Assembly: GCA_902774175.1 (NCBI GenBank)
Contig: CACYHG010000001.1
Location: 2,721 to 66,720, forward strand
Direction of reading: 5' to 3'
DNA from: an uncultured Bacteroidota bacterium
Lineage (GTDB): Bacteria; Bacteroidota; Bacteroidia; Bacteroidales; WCHB1-69
Length of the DNA stretch: 64,000 nt
The position numbers were made by a program, and so were the translations under genes. The notes under the pieces were generated by a model that worked only from the letters and a program-made list of their open reading frames with translations, made no database searches and was not told where the DNA came from. The first letter of the stretch is position 1. The number at the start of each line of letters is the position of its first letter. Shown in pieces: positions 55,164-64,000 of this stretch.

Positions 55164-55818
55164 ATCTTTCCACATAAATATAGTCCACAAAAATCCCCGA
55201 TGCATGCACGCATTCCGGCTTGATTTCACCGGCCTTGACCAGTTTTTCAGCCTCTACAACGACCACATCGGCGGCCATGGCCATCAGCGGGTTGAAGTTG
55301 TTGGTGGTGCCAAGGAACACCATGTTGCCCTCCTCGTCCACGATGTTGGCGCGCAGGAATGCGATATCGGCCTTCAAAGGTTTTTCCAACAGGTAATCCT
55401 TGCCGTCCACCTTCACAATCTCCTTGCCGTCGGCGATGATGGTGCCCAAACCGGTCGGGGTAAGAACACCGCCCAGTCCGGCCCCGTAGGCACGGATGCG
55501 CTCGGCCAGAGTGCCCTGCGGCACATATTCCACCTCCAGAGTGCCGGCATTCTTCTGCGCGGCAGTCTCCTTGTTGGTGCCGGTGTGGGAGACAATGGCC
55601 TTTTTCACCTGATGGTTGGCCACAAGTTTTCCATGGGCCACATTGTCGTATGCGGTGTCGTTGGAGATGATGGTCAAATCTTTAACACCCTTTTCAACCA
55701 GAGCATCGGTAATCTGCACCGGACTCCCAACTCCGAGGAACCCGCCGAACATCACCGTCATGCCGTCCCTGACCAGTCCGGCCGCTTCCTGTAATGTAAT
55801 CTGCTTTTTCATTGTCAT
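55162..55818 (-). CDS. atoD: Butyrate/acetoacetate CoA-transferase subunit A
   Basis: MFGGFLG, PQGTLAERIRA.GAG.GG.LTPTG; start at 55818 or 55812. Confidence 0.9.
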   Translation of the reverse strand: MTMKKQITLQEAAGLVRDGMTVMFGGFLGVGSPVQITDALVEKGVKDLTIISNDTAYDNVAHGKLVANHQVKKAIVSHTGTNKETAAQKNAGTLEVEYVPQGTLAERIRAYGAGLGGVLTPTGLGTIIADGKEIVKVDGKDYLLEKPLKADIAFLRANIVDEEGNMVFLGTTNNFNPLMAMAADVVVVEAEKLVKAGEIKPECVHASGIFVDYIYVER

Positions 55819-55834
55819 TATATTATCTTTGTTA

Positions 55835-56590
55835 TTATTCCTGTTTGGCGGGCTGTCCGTACAGCTCCGCATTGTTCTCATATAACTTGTGCAGCGCATC
55901 AATCTGATGGTCACGCAGCCTCATTTCAGGCAACCATTGTGCAAACGTGCTGATTTTGTGCAAGTCGGTGCCGACATAGTCGTACATTCCTGCATCTAAC
56001 AGGTAGAGTGCGGTCTCCTTTGCCGGCTTGCCGTAGCCTCCCGCCAAAGAAATCAGGTTCAACTGCAGGAAATATCCGCTCTCCTTCCAGCGTCCGAAAA
56101 GCTCCCTGTCGGCATAGCGGTAACGCTCCGGATGGGCTATCACAACCTGGTTGTCACAGGTGGTCAGCTCATACAGGTATTCCTCCATGTCCGGACTCCT
56201 GTACATGTAGGAGGTCTCCACAAGCAAAATCTTTTCCTGCGGATTAAGATAGAGCCATCCCTCCTGCTGATGCGAAAGGAACTGCTCATCCAGCATGTAC
56301 TCGGCCGCCAGCCTCGTGGAAAATCCGCACCCGTCCGCCATAGGCAGGAAAGCGTCATACCACTGCACAAGGTTTGGACGGTTGTTGTCAGCATAGTCCG
56401 TCATGACATGAGGGGTAAGTATCAGCTGCCTGAATCCGAGGCCATACAGGTAGTGCAGTCCCTCCATTGTGGCATCTTCCGTCTGGAATCCGTCATCCAC
56501 ACCCGGCAGCAGGTGGCTGTGCATGTCGGTCGCCCCTTGGAAGAAATCGGCGGGCAGTCTTTTTTTTCGGTCAAACAAGCCCATTTTCAA
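55835..56590 (-). CDS. PHP-family tyrosine phosphatase (CpsB/CapC type)
   Basis: DMHSHLLPGVDDG, TPH, AHPERY, GTDLH. Confidence 0.9.
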   Translation of the reverse strand: MKMGLFDRKKRLPADFFQGATDMHSHLLPGVDDGFQTEDATMEGLHYLYGLGFRQLILTPHVMTDYADNNRPNLVQWYDAFLPMADGCGFSTRLAAEYMLDEQFLSHQQEGWLYLNPQEKILLVETSYMYRSPDMEEYLYELTTCDNQVVIAHPERYRYADRELFGRWKESGYFLQLNLISLAGGYGKPAKETALYLLDAGMYDYVGTDLHKISTFAQWLPEMRLRDHQIDALHKLYENNAELYGQPAKQE

Positions 56591-56596
56591 TACTGT

Positions 56597-59110
56597 TTAT
56601 TTGTCATGACCATGATCATGATGTCCGTGTTTTTTTGAACCGATACCCATAATCATCAGGATTTTCCTGTTAAACTTGCGGAGAACGGACATCTGCGCCT
56701 GACGCTTGGTCTCCTCATCGTTGCCATAGCCGTATCCATAGCCGTAACCATATCCATAGCCGTAACTGTGCCCGGTACCGTTGCCGTAGCCATAGCCGTA
56801 ACCGTAACCATAGCCGTAACCCAGTTTCTTATAATTCACGTCATTCACAATTACGCAGAGTTTCGGGAAACGGTTCTCCTTGTACATTGTCTCCAAATCG
56901 CCCAATGCACGCTTGTCGGTCACGTTGGCGCGGATGACAAACACGGTCAGGTCGGCCAAACGCTTCAGGATGTCCGCATCAGCCACAATGCCGGCAGGCA
57001 CCGCATCCAACAGGACATAGTCGTATTGCGGCCGGACCGCCTCAATAAAGGCATCCATGCGGACATTGTCCAGCAGTTCTGCCGGATTGGGCGGAACAGG
57101 ACCGGAAAAGATCGCATCCCATCCGGAAGAGATCGCACGGCGTTCTTTCAGCAACTCCTCCAATTCGATTTTGCCGGAAAGATAGTTGGAAAGCCCATGG
57201 TTGTTGGCGTTGGGCAGCTTTTTGTGCAGCGTACCCTTACGGATGTCAGCATCAACCAGGAGTACCCGCTTGCCGGAGGCGGCGAGCAGCACGGAAAGGT
57301 TGGTGGATAGGAACGACTTGCCGCTGTTCGGGAAGAAGGAGGTGAACATGGCCACCTTGCAGCCCGGACGGTCGGTCTTGATATAATCCAGATTGGAACG
57401 GATAATACGGAACGACTCGGAAATAGAATCGCGGCCGTTCTCCCTTGCCACAATGATGCTGCCCTTCTCCTGCTCGGCAGTCTGCTTCGGCACATCGCCC
57501 AGAATCGGCACGGAACAGCCCTCCTCCACATCACGCTTGCTGTGGATATCGGTATCCATCATCTTGAGCAGGAAGAAAATACCGACCGGAATGGCCAGGC
57601 CAAGCACAATGGCCACAAGGAAAATCATGGAGGTGCGCGGTTTGGTGGGCGAAGTGGAACCGTCCGCCGCGTCAATCACCCGCACATCGTCCTCCAATGC
57701 CGCCTTGGAGAGTGACAGCTCCTCACGACGGTTCAGCAGGAACAGGTACAGGCTCTGCTTGACCGACTCCTGCCTCGACATTGAGGTGAGGTAGTTCTGG
57801 TGCTCCGGTACCGCCTGTACCTTGCTGCCAGCCTGGTTCTCCAACTGTCGGCTACGGGTCAACTGCTGCTTAAGGTTAGCGCGTAGGGCAGCCAGCGTAC
57901 TGGAGACCCCCTCCTTCAGAATCTGCAGGCTGGCGTTGATCTCCTTGGTCATAGGGTTGCTAGCTGTGTTACCTTTGGTCTCCATTTTTTGTTTTTGCAA
58001 CAACGTGGTATTGTATTCGGAGATGACCGAAGCCAGCTGCGGATCCTTAAGCCCCATTTCCGCCGGCACCAGTTTGTAGTCATCCTTCATGCCGTTGACA
58101 AAGTCGGCCAGATAGTCCACCATGGATAGCTTGTTTTCCAGCACCTCGCGTTCCTGCATGTATTCGTCGCTGCGACGCAGGTAGTCCTGGCCATAGCTGC
58201 CGACATCGATAAGCCGATTGTTCCGCATAAATGAGGCCTTACCCGATTCCATCACCCCAAGATCCTGGTCTAATTCTGTAATCCGGGCATTGATGAAAAT
58301 GAGGCTCTGGTCAAGCACCATTGCCTTGTCCTTAACCGCCTCCTCGCGGTATATCTGCACAAGCGTGTTCAGGATGTCCTCCGCCTTGTCTCCGGAAGGA
58401 TCCTCCAAAGATAGGCTGACCGCATTGGAAAGTTTGTCAACCCGTGCGATACGCACCGCCGTTCGGTAACGCTTTGTAACCGACTTGATGTTACGCTTGT
58501 CCACCTGGATCTCCTTGCCTGCATAGGAGGTATAGGTCCAGGTCGGTATCACGACCACCCTGCCGACCGGAGTGTTCACCGTGTCGTTGAGCGGGGCGGA
58601 TATGACCTTTTTCGAATCGGGGAAATTCTTGAGGATGACCCGACCGCCCTGTTTGGACGGCACCACAGTCAGGCTGATGTTCGAATACGGCCCCTCATCA
58701 GGAAACTGCACATGCACCGGACTGTTGCTGTAGAGGTCGGTTTTGCGCAGCAGCGGCGTATAGCTGTATTCCACGCCGAGGTTCAGACGCTCCACCACCT
58801 GCATCATCAGTGTGCGGGACCTGAGAATCTGCAGTTCGTTTTCCACAGCGGAAGAGCCACTCATGCTCAATAAGTTACTGGAGACCAACAAATCACTGGC
58901 ACTCCCCTTTTTGTCCTTGAACATGACGGTGGCCGTCCGGCTGTAATACTTGACTGATGACTTGGAGACCAGCAGGGCGACAGCAATGCAGACCAGCAGG
59001 GAAAGGGCGAACCATCTCCAATGGCTGAGCAGTGTGTAGAGCAAATCCTTCAAGTTGATGGATGTTGTCTCTTCGGGCTGTTGCGACTGTGTTTTTTGAT
59101 ACTTTTCCAT
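56597..59110 (-). CDS. wzc: Polysaccharide co-polymerase / BY tyrosine autokinase
   Basis: Two TM segments flanking a periplasmic coiled coil; PNSGKS, DADIRK, GPVPPNPAEL; Tyr-Gly tail. Confidence 0.92.
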   Translation of the reverse strand: MEKYQKTQSQQPEETTSINLKDLLYTLLSHWRWFALSLLVCIAVALLVSKSSVKYYSRTATVMFKDKKGSASDLLVSSNLLSMSGSSAVENELQILRSRTLMMQVVERLNLGVEYSYTPLLRKTDLYSNSPVHVQFPDEGPYSNISLTVVPSKQGGRVILKNFPDSKKVISAPLNDTVNTPVGRVVVIPTWTYTSYAGKEIQVDKRNIKSVTKRYRTAVRIARVDKLSNAVSLSLEDPSGDKAEDILNTLVQIYREEAVKDKAMVLDQSLIFINARITELDQDLGVMESGKASFMRNNRLIDVGSYGQDYLRRSDEYMQEREVLENKLSMVDYLADFVNGMKDDYKLVPAEMGLKDPQLASVISEYNTTLLQKQKMETKGNTASNPMTKEINASLQILKEGVSSTLAALRANLKQQLTRSRQLENQAGSKVQAVPEHQNYLTSMSRQESVKQSLYLFLLNRREELSLSKAALEDDVRVIDAADGSTSPTKPRTSMIFLVAIVLGLAIPVGIFFLLKMMDTDIHSKRDVEEGCSVPILGDVPKQTAEQEKGSIIVARENGRDSISESFRIIRSNLDYIKTDRPGCKVAMFTSFFPNSGKSFLSTNLSVLLAASGKRVLLVDADIRKGTLHKKLPNANNHGLSNYLSGKIELEELLKERRAISSGWDAIFSGPVPPNPAELLDNVRMDAFIEAVRPQYDYVLLDAVPAGIVADADILKRLADLTVFVIRANVTDKRALGDLETMYKENRFPKLCVIVNDVNYKKLGYGYGYGYGYGYGNGTGHSYGYGYGYGYGYGYGNDEETKRQAQMSVLRKFNRKILMIMGIGSKKHGHHDHGHDK

Positions 59111-59120
59111 AAAAAATCTA

Positions 59121-59927
59121 TTATTTTGGAGTTGCTAAAGTGATGATAAGGGTTACAATGGATATGAGCGAAGTTGTCAGCGAAGCATAGCTGGCTATCC
59201 ACGAGGCGTTTTCCTTTATGCGGCTGGCGCGCAAAGGTTCAAGAAGCACTACATCGTTCTGCTGCAGCAGGAAGTACGGGTCATTGAAGACATCCTTCGA
59301 CTTGAGGTTGAGGTAGCGCAGATGCATCCGGCCTCCCTCCTCACGCAGCACACCCACCTTGTCCAGCCTGGTGTATGCGGAGATGTTGCCCGATTGGGAA
59401 AGGGCCTCCAGCAGGGTCACGCGCTCGTTGGTCACTGTAACCGTATGGGAGCCGGTGGCGCTTTTTATATATATCTTGTAGTTTTTGAAACGTACCAACA
59501 CCACGACCTCCTCCAGATAGCCGCCATTGATAAGCATTCTCGTAATGGTGTCCTGCAGCTGCAGGCGGGTCATACCCTCAACATGGATGGCCCCCAAACT
59601 CGGCATGTTGATGTATCCGTTGATGTCCACCAGATAACCGATGGTGTTTTCCGGATTCAGGGAACTATAGCTGCTGCCTGTGTTTTTATTGTAGGTGCTC
59701 ACCAGATTGAACGGGTCGGACATTCCCCTGTCACCGGACGAAGTTATGTAGATGGTCAGCTCGTCATTGGGATGGATACGCGCCTCATATGAATTGTCCA
59801 ACACTACCGTCGAATCATGCGGCAAATCCTGAAGATAGGTGATGTCCTTGTGTGTGACACAAGAGGGTAAAAGCGCCGCAATTAGAAACGCGACACATGA
59901 CAATCTGAAAAAAGACCATTTGTTCAT
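59121..59927 (-). CDS. wza: Polysaccharide export lipoprotein
   Basis: Lipobox LLPS-C; YLVD.NGYI.MP.LG; PYFLLQQND; hydrophobic C-terminal helix. Confidence 0.9.
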   Translation of the reverse strand: MNKWSFFRLSCVAFLIAALLPSCVTHKDITYLQDLPHDSTVVLDNSYEARIHPNDELTIYITSSGDRGMSDPFNLVSTYNKNTGSSYSSLNPENTIGYLVDINGYINMPSLGAIHVEGMTRLQLQDTITRMLINGGYLEEVVVLVRFKNYKIYIKSATGSHTVTVTNERVTLLEALSQSGNISAYTRLDKVGVLREEGGRMHLRYLNLKSKDVFNDPYFLLQQNDVVLLEPLRASRIKENASWIASYASLTTSLISIVTLIITLATPK

Positions 59928-59932
59928 ATTCG

Positions 59933-61924
59933 TTATTCTTTTATTGTTTCATTTTGAGCAGAATCCTGCGGCGCATTGTCCAGCACCGAGAAACGGCTGT
60001 TATTACTTACAAATTCAGGCACAAGCGCCTTCATCTGCGACACAATCGCAAATTCATCCTGAGAAAGCAGTGCCTTGTGCAGCGCATCGAATGCGGCAAC
60101 GACCGTATCCGGATCCTGCGGACGGACCTTTGCCCGGAAAATCTTTCCATGCACTGTAGGAAGCGTGTCCTCCTTGGAGGCAAGCAGCTCCTCATACAGC
60201 TTTTCTCCCGGACGCAGACCAATCTCCTTAATTTTAACGTCATTGCGGCCTGAAAGCCGGATCATCTTGGCGGCCAGGTCATATATTTTCACCGGCTTGC
60301 CCATGTCAAAGACAAAAATCTCGCCCCCATTTGCGATGGCGGCAGCCTGCAGCACCAGGTTGCAGGCCTCCGGAATGGTCATGAAATAACGGGTTATGCG
60401 CTTGTCGGTCACCGTAAGAGGACCGCCGTTTTCCAGCTGCTTCTTGAACAATGGCACAACCGAGCCATTGGAACCCAACACATTACCAAACCTTGTCGTG
60501 ACAAACTGGGTCTCCGAGCGACGACTCTGCACATATATCTCGGCAATCCGTTTGGTCGCCCCCATGACATTGGTGGGATTCACAGCCTTGTCGGTGGAAA
60601 TCATGACCATCTTCTGCACATGATACCGGATTGAAAGATCCGCCATCAACTTGGTGCCAAACACATTGGCCCTCACCGCCTCATAAGGGGAATCCTCCAT
60701 CAGCGGGACATGCTTGTACGCGGCAGCGTGGAACACCACCTCGGGACGGTATTTGTCGAACAGCCTCTCCATGCGGTCCGAATCACGGACATCCGCCACT
60801 TCGAAGAAAAGCCTGTCCCTGTTTTTCGCATACGTGTTGTTCAGCTCGAACTGGATGTCATATACCGGTGATTCGCCCATATCGACCACCACCAGTTTTG
60901 ACGGCTCATAGTTCATCACCTGCCGGGCAATCTCGCTGCCGATACTGCCGGCGGCTCCAGTGACCATCACAACCTTGTCATGGATTTCACGGGAAATATC
61001 CTCGTTTTCCAATACAATCGGATCGCGACCCAACAAGTCTTCAATCTGTATATCTTTGATTTGATTGGACTTCATCTGCCCTTCAATCAGTTCGTAGACA
61101 TGCGGGATAATCTTGACCCTCAGGTTCAATGCCAAAGCCTGCTCCGCAAGTTTGTTCTTAACCTCCACACTAAGTGAGGGAATCGCAATTATCAACACCT
61201 CGATGCCATGCCGACGGATATAACTGTCACACATGACTTTTGAGGGAAGCATCACCGGCACGCCCTGTATTTCCGAACCTGCCTTCCTGAAATTGTCGTC
61301 CACAAAGGCAACGATTTCATACTCGCTCTCCTTATCGTTGGAAATCAAGTTGTAGGTCAGCACTCCGCCGCTGCCTGCACCGAAAACCAGCGCCTTTTTC
61401 TTGCCGTCGGTTTTCTTCGGCACGGAATATTCGTTGAAAAGACGGCGGACAGTCAGGCGTGAAATCACAAGCACAAAGAAAATCATCAGCACCTCGTGGA
61501 TGATTTCGGCAAACTGAGGGAAGAAGATGTCGGCTCCCTCATGGTAACGGGCCATCAGCAGCATCCGGAAACCGCAAAGCAGAAAGAGCGAGATGACCGA
61601 ACTGAGCAGTATCCGGCGGATGTCCCCGAAGCCGGAATAGCGCAGCATGCCTTTGAAAGTGCTGAATGACAAAAAACTGATGCCGTATACAGTGACCAGA
61701 ATCACCGCATAGCCCAACACATGCAGCGGCTGTGACGAAGCGGTTCCCATGGACTTGAACACCAGCCTGGAACATATGAAGGCCAACAGAACCATTATGG
61801 TGTCAAATGCAAAGACCCAGATGCGGGAGAAGGAATTATTGGCGTATCTCCTCACGATTTTCTTCCAAAAACGGAAGAAAACCTTGTCAAACGCATTTTT
61901 TATTATCAAATACAACCGTTTCAT
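59933..61924 (-). CDS. Membrane-bound NDP-sugar 4,6-dehydratase (CapD/WbpM/PglF family)
   Basis: Four N-terminal TMs; TGAAGSIGSE, HAAAYKHVP, STDKAVNP, RFGNVLGS. Confidence 0.92.
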   Translation of the reverse strand: MKRLYLIIKNAFDKVFFRFWKKIVRRYANNSFSRIWVFAFDTIMVLLAFICSRLVFKSMGTASSQPLHVLGYAVILVTVYGISFLSFSTFKGMLRYSGFGDIRRILLSSVISLFLLCGFRMLLMARYHEGADIFFPQFAEIIHEVLMIFFVLVISRLTVRRLFNEYSVPKKTDGKKKALVFGAGSGGVLTYNLISNDKESEYEIVAFVDDNFRKAGSEIQGVPVMLPSKVMCDSYIRRHGIEVLIIAIPSLSVEVKNKLAEQALALNLRVKIIPHVYELIEGQMKSNQIKDIQIEDLLGRDPIVLENEDISREIHDKVVMVTGAAGSIGSEIARQVMNYEPSKLVVVDMGESPVYDIQFELNNTYAKNRDRLFFEVADVRDSDRMERLFDKYRPEVVFHAAAYKHVPLMEDSPYEAVRANVFGTKLMADLSIRYHVQKMVMISTDKAVNPTNVMGATKRIAEIYVQSRRSETQFVTTRFGNVLGSNGSVVPLFKKQLENGGPLTVTDKRITRYFMTIPEACNLVLQAAAIANGGEIFVFDMGKPVKIYDLAAKMIRLSGRNDVKIKEIGLRPGEKLYEELLASKEDTLPTVHGKIFRAKVRPQDPDTVVAAFDALHKALLSQDEFAIVSQMKALVPEFVSNNSRFSVLDNAPQDSAQNETIKE

Positions 61925-61991
61925 TCACTATATTTTAAACAACACAACATCATTATGTCCCCTCTGCCGCGAAGCGATAAGAAAGAACTTG

Positions 61992-61999
61992 CAAATGTA
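61992..61999 (-). promoter_or_regulatory. -7 promoter element upstream of the capD-like gene
   Basis: TACATTTG(CA). Confidence 0.55.
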
Positions 62000-62082
62000 A
62001 TCAAAAAAAGTAATGGAACAGCATTAAAACGCCATATTTTTATCAAAACAAATCAGCGGAAAAAATTTCCGCCACGCTCCGC

Positions 62083-62658
62083 CTATTCCTGGCAGCATTT
62101 CTCCCTGTTACCGTCCCTCATGCGATATTTTCGCCCGCACTCGCATTCAAGCACATCGTCCAGACGACGGCCACATTCGCACACCCAGCCTATCCGCCGG
62201 GCAGGCACACCGGCCATCAGCGCAAAATCGGGAACATCCTTTGTAACCACCGCACCGGCGGCAATTAGCGCGCTGCGACCGACAGTGTGACCGCAGACCA
62301 CCGTGCAGTTGGCTCCCAACGAAGCTCCCTCCCGTATCAGTGTACGGGCATAGACCCCATGCACCGGAAAATGCGCCCGAGGCGTGACCACATTGGTGAA
62401 CACGCAGCTCGGTCCGCAGAAGACGTTGTCCTCCAGTTCCACACCCTCGTACAGGGAGACGTTGTTCTGGATGCGCACGCCGTTGCCGACCCTCACGTTG
62501 TTGCCGATGTTCACGTTCTGCCCCAGTGAGCAGTTGCGCCCGATACGCGCCCCACGCTGCACATGGCAGAAATGCCATATCTTGGTGCCTTCGCCAATTT
62601 CAACATCCTCATCCACATAGGAGGATTCATGCACAAAAAACTTTTTCTCTTCCATCAC
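62083..62658 (-). CDS. Hexapeptide-repeat sugar N-acetyltransferase (WbpD/WlbB-like)
   Basis: [23 protein letters not shown]; C-terminal CECG motifs. Confidence 0.88.
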   Translation of the reverse strand: MMEEKKFFVHESSYVDEDVEIGEGTKIWHFCHVQRGARIGRNCSLGQNVNIGNNVRVGNGVRIQNNVSLYEGVELEDNVFCGPSCVFTNVVTPRAHFPVHGVYARTLIREGASLGANCTVVCGHTVGRSALIAAGAVVTKDVPDFALMAGVPARRIGWVCECGRRLDDVLECECGRKYRMRDGNREKCCQE

Positions 62659-62674
62659 TGAATTATTTAAAACA

Positions 62675-63619
62675 TTATCTTTCCGCCCGCATAGGGTTGT
62701 TCAGAAAATCTTCGTAAGCCAGACGGATGCCATCCTCCAGCTCCGTTCTATAACGCCAGCCGAGCTTTTCCGCCTTACTCACGTCCAGCAGCTTGCGCGG
62801 CGTGCCGTTCGGACGGGTGGTGTCCCATTTTATTTCACCATCATAGCCCACAACCTTCGCCACCAGTTCTGTCAGCTGCTTGATGGACAATTCCTTGCCC
62901 GTTCCCGCATTGACCGTCTCATTGCCGCTGTAATGGTTCATAAGGAACACGCAGAGGTTGGCCAGATCGTCCACATACAGAAATTCCCGCAACGGCGAGC
63001 CGTCGCCCCAGCAGGTGACTTCCTTCAAACCGTTCACCTTGGCCTCATGGAACCTTCTGATTAGCGCCGGCAGCACATGGCTGTGCTCCGGATGGTAGTT
63101 GTCGTTGGGGCCGTAGAGGTTGGTCGGCATCACACTGATGAAATCGGTGCCATACTGCCGGTTAAGGAACTCACAGTATTTCAGCCCGGAGATTTTTGCC
63201 AAGGCATAGGCCTCATTGGTTTTCTCCAAGGCACCCGTCAGCAGGCACTCCTCCTTCATGGGTTGCGGTGCCATGCGTGGATAGATGCACGACGAACCGA
63301 GAAACTCCAGCTTTTTGCAGTTGTTTTTCCAGGCGGCATGGATGACGTTCATCTCCAGAATCATGTTCTCGTACATGAAATCCGCCAGTGCCGACTGGTT
63401 GGCGACAATGCCACCCACCTTGGCCGCAGCTAGAAAGACATATTCCGGCTTTTCGGCGGCGAAAAAGGCCTCCACCTGCTCCTGCCGCGTCAGATCCAAT
63501 TCACTGTGGGTGCGGGTTATGATATTACTGTACCCCTGGCGCTGCAACTCGCGCACTATGGCCGAACCGACCATCCCGCGATGACCGGCGACATATATTT
63601 TTGAATGCTGTTCCATCAT
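62675..63619 (-). CDS. fcl: GDP-L-fucose synthase
   Basis: [27 protein letters not shown]. Confidence 0.95.
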   Translation of the reverse strand: MMEQHSKIYVAGHRGMVGSAIVRELQRQGYSNIITRTHSELDLTRQEQVEAFFAAEKPEYVFLAAAKVGGIVANQSALADFMYENMILEMNVIHAAWKNNCKKLEFLGSSCIYPRMAPQPMKEECLLTGALEKTNEAYALAKISGLKYCEFLNRQYGTDFISVMPTNLYGPNDNYHPEHSHVLPALIRRFHEAKVNGLKEVTCWGDGSPLREFLYVDDLANLCVFLMNHYSGNETVNAGTGKELSIKQLTELVAKVVGYDGEIKWDTTRPNGTPRKLLDVSKAEKLGWRYRTELEDGIRLAYEDFLNNPMRAER

Positions 63620-63622
63620 TTT

Positions 63623-63762
63623 TAGTTGATAGTTAAGAGTTAATAGTTAATAGTTTAAAGAGTTTAAGAAGTTTAAGGTTTGATCCTCTGGAACTCTGAA
63701 ACCCTTGAAACCCCTGAAACCCTTGAAACCCTGAAACCTCTGAAACCTCTGAAACCCTGAAC
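63623..63762 (+). repeat. Short tandem repeats (TAGTTAA-like heptamers, AGTTTAAG units, ~8x TGAAACCCY)
   Basis: Fills essentially the whole gmd-fcl intergenic region. Confidence 0.85.
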
Positions 63763-63764
63763 TA

Positions 63765-64000
63765 TTACTTCACAATTCCCTTTTCCAGATACTCTGCCAA
63801 GTTGGTTCGCACCTTGGCGGCGGCACCTTCGGCGGCCACTTTGGCGACGTCGTGCTCCACCATGATTTTCACCAATTCCTCAAACGACGTTTTGGCGGGA
63901 TCCCATCCCAATTTGGCCTTGGCCTTGGTCGGGTCGCCCCACAGGTTGACCACATCGGTCGGACGGTAAAAATCCTCGCTCACGGCAACAAGGGTCTTCC
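63765..64000 (-). CDS. gmd: GDP-mannose 4,6-dehydratase, C-terminal part
   Basis: FYRPTDVVNLWGDPTKAKAKLGW; upstream of fcl; start lies outside the window. Confidence 0.9.
   Translation of the reverse strand, partial: KTLVAVSEDFYRPTDVVNLWGDPTKAKAKLGWDPAKTSFEELVKIMVEHDVAKVAAEGAAAKVRTNLAEYLEKGIVK

Noticed and set aside
55116-63762. Invertible segment bounded by the two inverted STR elements
   Set aside because: The copies are short and imperfect, genes inside and outside are co-oriented, and no invertase is present.

Overview
Bacteroidales-type chromosomal DNA: TAnnTTTG promoters, a T9SS C-terminal domain, and every real gene on the minus strand. In transcription order (right to left) it holds: (1) a capsule block, gmd (partial)-fcl-N-acetyltransferase-capD-like-wza-wzc-PHP phosphatase; (2) a lysine-fermentation gene set in the Porphyromonas order (atoD-kal-kce-kdd-kamA-kamB // kamC // kamD-kamE-atoA-crt), split in two places; (3) between kamB and kamC, a ~28.5 kb aryl-polyene/flexirubin-like type II PKS cluster with no recognisable DarA/DarB, a fused double FAD oxidoreductase and a B12-binding radical SAM enzyme; (4) between kamC and kamD, a ~3270-aa T9SS beta-helix/Ig repeat protein, with a paralog of more than 1561 aa (absent from the ORF track) running off the left edge. 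Inside the PKS cluster, a 1978-bp cassette bounded by a perfect 57-bp direct repeat gives an esterase two alternative signal peptides. The cassette also carries an Imm8-like fragment and an ATPase-nuclease with its Walker A region deleted. Intergenic DNA contains GTAG-type 28-nt REP palindromes with co-varying interiors, a 5-unit REP array, and a composite short-tandem-repeat element present twice in opposite orientation. No CRISPR, rRNA, tRNA, integrase or transposase was recognised. All family assignments come from motif recognition by eye; no database search was run.
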